Below the pieces are notes generated by a model that worked only from the letters and a program-made list of their open reading frames with translations, did not search any database and was not told the origin of the DNA. Below are positions 55,365 to 64,000 of a stretch of 64,000 bases of DNA, one piece after another (within the stretch, counting starts at the first letter, position 1; the number at the start of each line of letters is the position of its first letter). A program made the translations under genes and the position numbers. Origin of the DNA: Macrostomum lignano (Eukaryota); assembly GCA_002269645.1 (NCBI GenBank), contig NIVC01001940.1:84895-148894 (forward strand). The letters run 5' to 3'.

Positions 55365-58300
55365 GTTCAACAGTCAGCTTCAGCAGAGTTGCCCAAGCCT
55401 ATGATCAATCACTGGAAATACTGAGGCTCAGATCGAGTCACCCAGACACGCTTCCGTCAGAATTTTTTGTCCAAGCTGGAGACAAAATTATTGAGGCAGT
55501 TCAGCAAAGAATTTCAAGACATCATTACAAAGTTCAGCTAAAGGCGAATATTCGAATGGTCCGAATAAGAGATGGGGAGATGCTTGCCGAAGAGGACAGA
55601 TGGATAAGCTGTAAAATGCAGGCCCTAGACCTAGGTGGTGAAGCAGGCCGTTTAAACAACTGGTTGATTGAGCAGGAGCAGGAGTTGGAGAGGATCTGTA
55701 GTATGATTAATACGAACGGCAGTGGCTGGACAATTAAACAAATTAATTTTCTAGACATCAACCTTGCCAGGTACAATCCAATTCGATTTCGCCAGGGCAG
55801 AGCCGTTAGATTCAATCTTCCTGCCAGTTTGAAGAACAAAAAGGCTGTTATCAATCCACCGAGCACAGGCAAAGACTGTTTCCTGTACGCCTGTCTCGCT
55901 GCACTGCACAGCGCCGATCCGAAAGTTCAGAAATCGCCCAACAGAATATCCTCTTACGATGAATGGTTGCGTGAGCTGGACTTTGCAGAAATCTCCATGC
56001 CAGTGAGTGTCGCTGATATCGATCGCGTCGAGTCTAACAATCCAGGAATTTGCATTTCTGCGTTCTCTTGGCAGCAGGGCAGTGTGACTCTTCTCCGTCG
56101 CCGCAAGCATGAGTCAGATGACCGAAGACACCTCATGCTTTTGCTAGTTAAAGACAGCTACGGATCGGAGCACTGGTGTGCAATTACTAATTTTGACAGG
56201 TTAATGAACAGTCGTAATGGTCCCGCCATGAGGAAGTGGTGCACGAAATGTTTAACATCATTTTATAGCAACGAGAGGCTTCAAGAGCACAGGAACGAAT
56301 GCAGCATTACTGCAGAAAATCCTGTCAAAGAAACGCTTCCAGTTCCAGGACAGAATGAAATAAAGTTCCGAAACTGTCAAAACACTGTCAGTCCACCATT
56401 CGTTGCCTATGCCGACCTGGAAGCCATTTTGCGAGCGAACACAGACCCTGCTAACCTGATCTCAAAGCATGAACCATGTGCAGCAGCTTTTCTTGCAGTG
56501 CCTCGTGAAGGCATGACAGGACCTCCGCTTAGGCCAGAAGGAGACATGTACAAGGTCTTTTGCAATGCGGACCCTGATGAGTGTATCCTTGGTTTTCTCA
56601 AATCTCTTGAAAGCCTGGCTCAGGATATATTTCACTGGAACCAGAAGCATAGCCACCAGCCGGCTGACCGATCATCCGCGACCGTCATGGATGATTTCAA
56701 TTCTGCTGAGGTATGTCACTACTGCAAGAAGAACTTTAAAAGTTCTACAGATAAACATTTTGACCACGATCATTTAAATGGACAGTACAAAGGTGCAGCA
56801 TGTCAAGAATGCAACCTGCGAGCACAGCTCCGACGCCGGTTTCTGCCCCTGGTTTTTCACAACTTAGGCGGCTACGACCTTCATCTTCTACTTTCCACTG
56901 CGCTTGGGAGCATGAAAAATTGGAAACTTAGTGTTGTTCCGCAATCATCCGAGCGATACTTGTCACTAAGGGCGGAATTCCCTGTTGCAAGTTACGTAAA
57001 GAACGGAAAAGTTGTGCCAATCATGTTTACAATTCAGTTCATCGACTCGCTCTGCTTTTTGAAGGGAAGTTTGTCCAATTTGTTTGCTAATCTTCCCGAA
57101 GCTGAATGCAAGCTGACAATGCAAATGCTTGAGTCAAGACCACATCTTTCAAGAGAGCTACTTCGAAAAAAGGGATTTTCCCATATGATTACCTCACAGG
57201 ATTTGAGATTCTCGAGCAGTCGGTTTTGCCGCCTAAAGATGCTTTTTTTAATCGACTTTCCGATCGGGGAATTTCCGACGACGACTACAATAGAGCAAGA
57301 GCGGCATGGGCGGCATTTCAATGCAAAAGTTTGAAGGATTATATGCTCGCCTATCTTGAAATGGATGTAAGGCAGCTGGCTGACATTTTCGAGACATTCC
57401 GACAGGCCAGTCTGAAAGAGGACGGATTGGATCCGGTACACTACTTTACTACTCCTGGTTTGTCTTACGACTCAGCTCTAAAGTCGACTGGAGTGGTTCT
57501 AGAGCAGCTGACTGATGCTGACATGTATCATCTGTTTGAGAAGGGAATACGAGGAGGCATGTCCTTCATTAATGTGCATTGCGTCAAAGGTAATAATCCT
57601 AGCTTGCCAGGTTATGATGATCAGCAAGAGAGTGTAAGCCTCATGCCGATCGATATGAACAACTTGTATGGCTTTGCCCTGTCGCTTCCGCTTCCATGCA
57701 GGGAATTCAGGTGGGTACCGGAACAGGAAATCCAGTTCTGGGACTCCAATCGGTTTCTGTCACTCAATCCAGAAGCCGAGATCGCCTACCTTGTTCAACT
57801 CGATCTAGAATACCCAGCTGAGATTCACGATTCGACTCAGGAGTTACCGTTTGCACCTGAAAAATCAAAACCACAGCCAGATCAATTCTCGCCGTACATG
57901 GCCGAACTATGGAAAGAGATTGCTGAACAGCGAACTGGCAATGCTGAAGCTAAGTTTCAAGCAACGGAGAAGCTTCTACTCACCTGTACCGACAAGGATT
58001 CTTACGTAGTTCACAGCACCGTTTTAAGATTTTACCTGCAACACGGAATGCGGATCAAGTGCGTCAAAAAAATGATTTCGTTCAAGCAGGAAAATATTTT
58101 CGCGCCGTACATTGCCAGCAACAATGAAAAAAGAGCTTTGGCAACTTCCGAGTTTGCTAAGGATTTTTACAAATTGAAAAACAATTCTCTCTTTGGAAAA
58201 ACTATGGAGAACGTTCGAAAAAGATGCGATGTTCGAATTTGCACTAACCAGACTCAAGCAGAAACTTGCGCCTCTCGACCAAACTGTGCCGCATTCTCGA

Positions 58301-59013
58301 TTATCAATGAGTCGTTGAGCATTTTTCAGCTCAAAAAAGATAAAGTCACGCTTGACAAGGCCATTTTCGTTGGCCAGGCAGTTCTCGATCTCTCTAAGAT
58401 GGCCATGTACAGCCTACTATATGACAGGCTCCGACCGCTGTTCTGTCATTCAGACGGTTCCAGAGACATGATGCTTTGCGGAGGTGATACTGACTCATTT
58501 TTTCTAGCTTTCAAGAATCATGATTTAACATCGGAGGTAATCCCGAAGCTTAGAGAGGAAAAAATACTTGACACATCCAACTATTCTCGAGACCATCCGC
58601 ATTTCTCTGAAGAGTTAAAAGGAAAGCTGGGCTGCGTTAAAGATGAATCTGCTGGTGGAATTTACCAGGAGTGGATTCTTTTGCGTCCAAAACTTTATTC
58701 GTTTCTCCCTGCCGAGAATTCGAGTGCAAAGATCAAGAAAACTGCCAAAGGCGTGAAGCAGTCAGTAGTAAGACAGCAAATTTCGCATGCGAACTATGTC
58801 GACGCGTTCGAGTCCAAGCAAGAGCAGATGGTTGCCATGACAGCGATTGTTTCCAAGAAACACGAAATCTTCACGTCGGTCATGGAGAAAAGAAGCCTAT
58901 CGGTGTGGGAGGATAAGCGAGTGTGGCTTAGCAGTAATCGAAGCCTGCCCTACGGACACTATGCGCTGACGCCCGCATCCCACGATCAGCTGAAGCGCAT
59001 CCGACTGGTCTAG
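55365..59013 (+). CDS. polB: Protein-primed family B DNA polymerase, with a 1-nt frame break at 57166-57172
   Basis: Frame open from 55364; C2H2-like finger, EndoVII-like CHYC...DHDH...CQECN, YADLE, FHNLGGYD, YLEMDV, DMNNLYG, KLKNNSLFGK, GDTDS, LRPKLYS, KGV. Confidence 0.93.
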
Positions 59014-59595
59014 TGCGGGTGTTTAACAGACTGTTTAGTACTTTTTCTTGCTTTTAGAGTTGTTTAAATTGCCAAATTCTGTTTTAAATGTAGTGACTTG
59101 CATGTAGTAACTTTTACAAATTTGTATGCTTGGCTAATTGCGCTAGATTTAGCTGTCAATTTGTTTTTGCGGCGTGAAATATTGATATCAATTTAAGTTT
59201 TACTTTTTATAAAGCTGTGTGGCAAGTGCGCTCATACAATATTAATTCATTTTTGTTTGCTTTGTGTACTACTTGTTTAAAATGTGTTTTTGGTTTTTAT
59301 CTGACACAAATTGTTCCTGTAAATTCAATCAGCGTTTTAATCATATTTTCTCTATCACTTTTCTATTTCTCTTCTCTCGGTGCACATCGTTTGTTATAAC
59401 GATGGTAGTATTGTTTACTTTCGGATTTGATATGCGTTTTGCGATACTTTTGGTGATGGGCTAAATACGTTTTTGAAGTGTTCCATAGCTGTCTGCCTGG
59501 GAAAATGAATGTAAAGAATACCAAGTTTATCCTTTTATTCACTTTTCACTAATCATTGAAATATTTGCGGCAAATTGCTTGACTTGACTTTATTT

Positions 59596-60168
59596 TTATT
59601 CAATGGAAAGAACTACATTGAGTAGACGCATGCTATCGGTATGCAACTGATTCAAGGACCGAGCTCCACTGAGAACAAAAGAGCCGCTGTGAAAAAGCAG
59701 ACATTTACAAAAGTTTAAATTGAAAATTAAAGCAGAAAAGGATTCTGGTTCATATTCGGCGTTTGGGATAATTGATTTTAACATTAATAAGGAAAGTGCG
59801 GAATGAACTGGGAGCTGTCCATGAGCAGTAATAGTTTTAATTCGAACACAAATTGTTTGATGAGGCAGCAGTTGAGCCGGCACTCTCCGATGCAGCATAG
59901 CCACGAAGCGACGGGCAGCCCTTTTGGCGTCTGCGTGGGTCTTGGCACCGCAGATGCTCAGTTGCCCAGTAGGGTAGAGTAGGAGAGTCACTCTGGGAAT
60001 CCGCATCCGCTTGATGAGCACCCGGGGCCAGACGGGCCGGTAGATCACATGAGCCATGCTGAGAGCCAGTTCCCGTAGAGGCAGCTGAGCGCCCCTGCCA
60101 CCATCCAGTCTCAGATCTACTCCGCCAACCAGATTGGTCACTCTTAGGGCTGTAGCTGGTGGGCTCAT
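59596..60168 (-). CDS. Divergent TATA-binding-protein-like protein (two TBP repeats)
   Basis: Repeat 1 NLVG...YRPVWP..LIKRMRIPRVTLLLYPTGQLSICGAKT..DAKRAAR; repeat 2 YEPESFSALIF...CLLFHSGSFVLSGARS; first ATG at 60168 (track start 60207 is TTG). Confidence 0.8.
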   Translation of the reverse strand: MSPPATALRVTNLVGGVDLRLDGGRGAQLPLRELALSMAHVIYRPVWPRVLIKRMRIPRVTLLLYPTGQLSICGAKTHADAKRAARRFVAMLHRRVPAQLLPHQTICVRIKTITAHGQLPVHSALSLLMLKSIIPNAEYEPESFSALIFNLNFCKCLLFHSGSFVLSGARSLNQLHTDSMRLLNVVLSIE

Positions 60169-60688
60169 TTCGATCGTCAACTTCTTCACCAAATCTGCTT
60201 CTGCCAACTTTACTGCTCGTGTGCCACGGACACTGCTCGCTTCTTAAGTTGATGCAGAACTTTGGCTTAAGCCAACTGTAGTGCAGCAACGAATTTCTCA
60301 CTGCACAGCCAGTATCTGAATCTTCAGTCGAGGGTGCTCCCAAATCTTCTAGGTTATAAACCTGTCTTCCAAGCAGCTCAGTCAGAAAAATCGACTTCCT
60401 TTCCCCATTTGACCAGATCGGACCACTGGCAATGCTCAGAATGTCTTCCGCCAGTTCCATGTACGGACGGGTTCCATCATTCCACTTAAACTGGTGCAGA
60501 CTCTTAGATAGCTGTCTGTAGTAAACTCGCATGTCAGGTGAGACTCTCTCCCATGGATACGGAGGTGCGTACACATGGTGAGCAATGTGGTAGCTCCCCG
60601 CTCTGATTTGAACAACTGCCAACTCCTTCACAACAAATTTTTTGCTTGTGCTGTTGCACGGGAATCCTTGGAAGTCAATGTAGTTCAT
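59837..60688 (-). CDS. Maverick-type DEDD-like exonuclease-fold protein; true stop may be near 60210
   Basis: YIDFQGF...FVVKELAV...PPYPW...WNDG..PY...VYNLEDLG...CAVRNS pattern recalled from Maverick accessory ORFs. Confidence 0.6.
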   Translation of the reverse strand: MNYIDFQGFPCNSTSKKFVVKELAVVQIRAGSYHIAHHVYAPPYPWERVSPDMRVYYRQLSKSLHQFKWNDGTRPYMELAEDILSIASGPIWSNGERKSIFLTELLGRQVYNLEDLGAPSTEDSDTGCAVRNSLLHYSWLKPKFCINLRSEQCPWHTSSKVGRSRFGEEVDDRNEPTSYSPKSDQSGWRSRSETGWWQGRSAASTGTGSQHGSCDLPARLAPGAHQADADSQSDSPTLPYWATEHLRCQDPRRRQKGCPSLRGYAASESAGSTAASSNNLCSN

Positions 60689-60717
60689 GATGCAGCTTTC
60701 CTTCGAAAATTTCGGAG

Positions 60718-61410
60718 TCAGTCCACCTTCTTATATACTTTTCTGGCAGGCAATTTCAGCCAGGCTGTGTTGCTCCCGTACCCCTTGACTAGACTCTCCT
60801 GTTCTTTCTCCAGTTCACCCCCTCTGCTGGTTGCCATTTTCTTCTTAACTGATTTACCAACAGCGGAAAGCGGAACATTAAGCTTTTTCTGCTGCAGAAA
60901 ATCGATGAACTCGTTCCACCCAACTGGTTCACGCTCACATGGCGAATCCCTCACTGTGTGCTGAATCAAGTCCAGTATGTTTGAGGAAGGGATTGACGTG
61001 CCTGCGATTTCCACCTCCCCGTTTTCACAAACTCGAATCAGCTCTGGATTGGTGGACAGGATCGTCCACAGACTGCGAGCCCTGGTTTTGAATTTCTGTG
61101 GCACCGACTTGCTGATCTTCTCTTCCCAGGTGCTTATCTGGGGTGTCTCTGTTTTCATCAACTTGGCTTCAGTATTGCGTGCTCCTTCTTTTCCAGCGTG
61201 CTTGCGCTTGGCCAGCAAACTTTGCATTGCACTTTGGTACATGGCGGTTTTCACATCTTCTGGACAATCCTCGGCATACAAGATGTCATCGCATTTCTTC
61301 TGAGCCTGCTTCAAGTCAGCTTCAGTGGTAGTCTCATTTGGCTTCAAATTCTGCATCAACATCTCATACTCTGCTTTAGGAATCAGAACCATTTCTGAAA
61401 ATTTGTTCAT
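60718..61410 (-). CDS. Conserved Maverick hypothetical protein, 230 aa
   Basis: EMVLIP...GEVEIAGTSIPSSNILDLI...PVGWNEF...VPLSAVG pattern and syntenic position. Confidence 0.65.
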   Translation of the reverse strand: MNKFSEMVLIPKAEYEMLMQNLKPNETTTEADLKQAQKKCDDILYAEDCPEDVKTAMYQSAMQSLLAKRKHAGKEGARNTEAKLMKTETPQISTWEEKISKSVPQKFKTRARSLWTILSTNPELIRVCENGEVEIAGTSIPSSNILDLIQHTVRDSPCEREPVGWNEFIDFLQQKKLNVPLSAVGKSVKKKMATSRGGELEKEQESLVKGYGSNTAWLKLPARKVYKKVD

Positions 61411-61744
61411 TTTGCTTCTTCTTCTTTACCAGCTTAAGCAGAATCGGGAGTATTTTGATGAAGCCAGCCTTCAACAAGTCTGTCTTTCTTCTTTTGTGAG
61501 TAATTTTTCGAATTATCTCTTTTGACTTTGCAAGAACAGCTTTTTCATCGAGCGAAAACGATAGATTGTTTTGTAAGAGATTATGGCAGGCCTCGACAAG
61601 AAAATAACGCACTTCTTTTGGACAATTTTTTATCAACAGCCGCTTGAAGCGCACGGTATATTTAGGTGACGCAAGAACCGCAAAAAGACTTGCATATGAA
61701 TCAAGCACTTCCATTGCGATGAAAACAATAGCTGATAAAAACAA
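61376..61744 (-). CDS. Small basic Maverick protein (possible core/DNA-binding protein); likely start at M11
   Basis: LIKNCPKE...EACHNLL...KEIIRKI...KAGFIKILPILL; Lys/Arg-rich. Confidence 0.55.
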   Translation of the reverse strand: MFLSAIVFIAMEVLDSYASLFAVLASPKYTVRFKRLLIKNCPKEVRYFLVEACHNLLQNNLSFSLDEKAVLAKSKEIIRKITHKRRKTDLLKAGFIKILPILLKLVKKKKQNEQIFRNGSDS

Positions 61745-61755
61745 GCTTCACTTTC

Positions 61756-62435
61756 TTAAGCAAATACAAGATGGGGTCGCTGGTTGGGCAGAATTCTGGC
61801 CCGCACTCGCAGCTCATCGGGAGTTGATGGGTGAAAGTCTAGGAACAGGTAGCTCCCCTGCCCTGCGCGGTCACGTGCTTGAACACTGACAGCAGAAAGC
61901 CGGGCTTCTCTGTAAAGCACTGCCTGCCCAGTGCTGCAATCTGCAGCTGGTCTCTGGGGTTTTTCAAGATAGCTAAATACATTACATTCAAGCTCATTGT
62001 TCGCGACTCTTTTCCCTTGAAAAATATATTCTGAGTCAGCATCACCAAAAAGCACGGCAAGTGATGTGCGATTCCTGTGAAAAAATTTCGCATTGAAGCA
62101 GAGTTTGAAGTTTCCTCTATTAAGTCATCGAAAACAACCAGGTCATTGGGCCTAAGTGCTGCCTCGATGTTGGTGGGAAATCCCTGGCGCAGCTGCACAC
62201 CTAGGCTGTTCAGTTCTGCATGGCCTGCCTGTGAGATCCCATAGTACCACAGAACTCTGCCAGGCTTCACATCAAACATGACGTCTCTGTACTGGATCAG
62301 GTGTTTGACAAAGGTTGTTTTTCCTGCATTGGTGGGCCCGCAGACAATCATGCAGCTTCCCTGCCTGAGGCGGATATCGTAGCAAACTTGCTTTTCTCCC
62401 ATGTTTAATGCATAAATATTAGAAATCACGGACAT
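61756..62435 (-). CDS. FtsK/A32-type genome packaging ATPase; C-terminus in a second frame after about 61855
   Basis: Walker A GPTNAGKT, Walker B LVVFDD, AHH...LTQN, RTMSLN; tail SYLFLDFHPSTPDELRVRARILP in ORF 61756-62055. Confidence 0.9.
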
Positions 62436-62938
62436 CTTTTTCTTAAGTTGGCTTCAAACCTCTGTAAGATTCTATCATTCAAATGATTTTTCTCATTAGC
62501 ATGCAAATGCTTCAAAATCCCCTCAAATGACCGATTGAACAGAAACTTTTGATAAGCAAAATAGATGCAAAACATTCCGCATTTATTAGAGTTAGCACAT
62601 TGAACTCTGTTTATATTGCTTCGGAGCCAAAAGCCAGTTGTTTTAATCTCTCGAAACAAATTATAAACCAAAGATAAAATTTCAGGTTCCCAGCCGAGGG
62701 AGTTGAACAACTCAATGCGATTTCCTTGCCCAACATAGCACACCACCCAGTGACCAAATGAGCCATTGTGCTGAAGTAGGACAAAAACAAACTTGTTTTC
62801 AAAGGAAATTGATGATCTAAATTTTCTTTTTACATTCAAGGGCAGAGAATTTTTATAGCGCAAATGTAAAGTAACTATGAGAAATTTTTGGTAAGGCAAA
62901 AATTTTCTGGCGAGATTAAGTAGTTGAATTGCATCCAT
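62426..62938 (-). CDS. Adenain-like cysteine protease (capsid maturation)
   Basis: GHWV, ELFNSLG, VQ...SNKCGMFCIYF; ATG at 62938 lies 1 nt after the capsid stop codon. Confidence 0.85.
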   Translation of the reverse strand: MDAIQLLNLARKFLPYQKFLIVTLHLRYKNSLPLNVKRKFRSSISFENKFVFVLLQHNGSFGHWVVCYVGQGNRIELFNSLGWEPEILSLVYNLFREIKTTGFWLRSNINRVQCANSNKCGMFCIYFAYQKFLFNRSFEGILKHLHANEKNHLNDRILQRFEANLRKRCP

Positions 62939-62939
62939 G

Positions 62940-64000
62940 TCAATTAAGAGAATAGTCCAGCAAAAGCTCTCGGTGCTTGGTGACCTCAATCAGCGAGTCA
63001 TACAGGCACATAGCAATCAGGGACACCGCTTCATTCAGAGCCTGTTGGAAGCGAATCTCCAGCCGCAGGTTGCCCTCCTTCTGTCCGTACCACAGAGCCG
63101 CTCCCTCGGGTGTGAGATCGAATGCAAACACCGTGCTGTTGTTGGAGAAGAGCTGGTAGGGGATCCACGGACCGAGTTTGTGTGGCTTGCAGATTGACAG
63201 CTTTTCAGGTAGTGCAAGTATTCTCTTACGAAAGGAATTGTTTTCAGGTGTGAAGGCGCCGTGGCACACGGTTTCCCCACCTTTCTTTAGAGCCAATCGG
63301 CTAAGGTTGAAGCTCTGGAACTGTAACGGGCTCGCGTGATGATGACCGTTGAATGCTCGGTGGCTCACGAAGGCCAGCATGATGAACTTCGGCAATTTTC
63401 CATGAGTGAATCCTTCAATGTTTTTTGACTGAATACCCTGGGGTAGGATGAAGTTCTGCATTTCAGTTCGCTCGATGGGATACAGTGCATTTTGGTTTGT
63501 CAGCCCCTGCTCATGGGCCAGGCTGATGTGGGGCATCACTTTGACTCGGCGAAGATGCAGAATGCTGTGAGAGATTTCCATTCGGTATGCCGCGTTGTTT
63601 GCATTCGGGGTTCTGATGGCAAAGGCCCCATCGCTGGGGACCAGTTTGATGTGCAGGTGCAGATTGCTTAGCAGAAACACTCGGCACTGGAAAACATCGC
63701 TGAAGAGCGGCCCGCATACTCCATCCATTGGGATTCCCTGTGGCTCTCCGTGTGCTCTTCAGCTTGCCGAGTTCGGCTCCAGGAAGCCAGCAGGGTAAAG
63801 TTTTAGTTGCTGGGCATCGGATGAGCTCATTAGTGCTTTGAAGTACGCATGGTAGGGATAGAGCTGTCTCCACCAGACACCACTCGCTGGTTAATGCTCA
63901 CAATTACATCTGAGAAGGCTGTAGACAGAACAAAATTTTCTGGGTGCACGTCACTGTCTCTGCGCTCGGTGATGATGCCATCTCCATCTCGAACATCCTC
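62940..64000 (-). CDS. Major capsid protein (PY-like), 5' end outside the window, interrupted by frameshifts at about 63710-63865
   Basis: VHPENFVLSTAFSDVIVSIN, LYPYHAYF, GPLFSDVFQ, LHLRRVK, LPKFIMLAFV...AFNG, STVFAFDLT, GNLRLEIRF. Confidence 0.85.

Larger units (their letters stand above)
51658..64000. mobile_element. Maverick/Polinton (adintovirus-like) endogenous element, left 12.3 kb; continues past the window end
   Basis: AGTAGTAG terminus, repeat-rich end, pPolB, FtsK-type ATPase, adenain-like protease and capsid gene in a compact cluster. Confidence 0.93.

Overview
Eukaryotic, repeat-rich genomic DNA with GT-AG introns. Composition and gene families suggest a free-living flatworm such as Macrostomum, which is an inference. 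Left: a 9-exon brahma/SMARCA2-4 gene on the minus strand (QLQ, HSA, BRK, SNF2 ATPase and bromodomain). Nearly every intron holds its own minisatellite, and others hold a decayed piggyBac, two tRNA-derived SINEs and a hAT-type MITE. Middle: a broken RTE-like LINE, an intact DD34D mariner with TIRs, a single-exon peptide-type GPCR, an intact 5.4-kb RNase H-bearing LINE with a 14-bp TSD, a 1.5-kb 30-bp satellite and an 8.2-kb 21-bp satellite. Right: a 4-exon secreted PAN/Apple plus ConA-like gene, then the left 12.3 kb of a Maverick/Polinton (adintovirus-like) element starting at an AGTAGT terminus. It carries a protein-primed PolB, packaging ATPase, adenain-like protease and major capsid protein. 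Its most unusual features are a divergent two-repeat TBP-like gene and a predicted spliceosomal intron that joins a tandem-repeat exon to the PolB N-terminus. Several Maverick genes and one brahma exon are interrupted by apparent single-base losses, which may be assembly errors.
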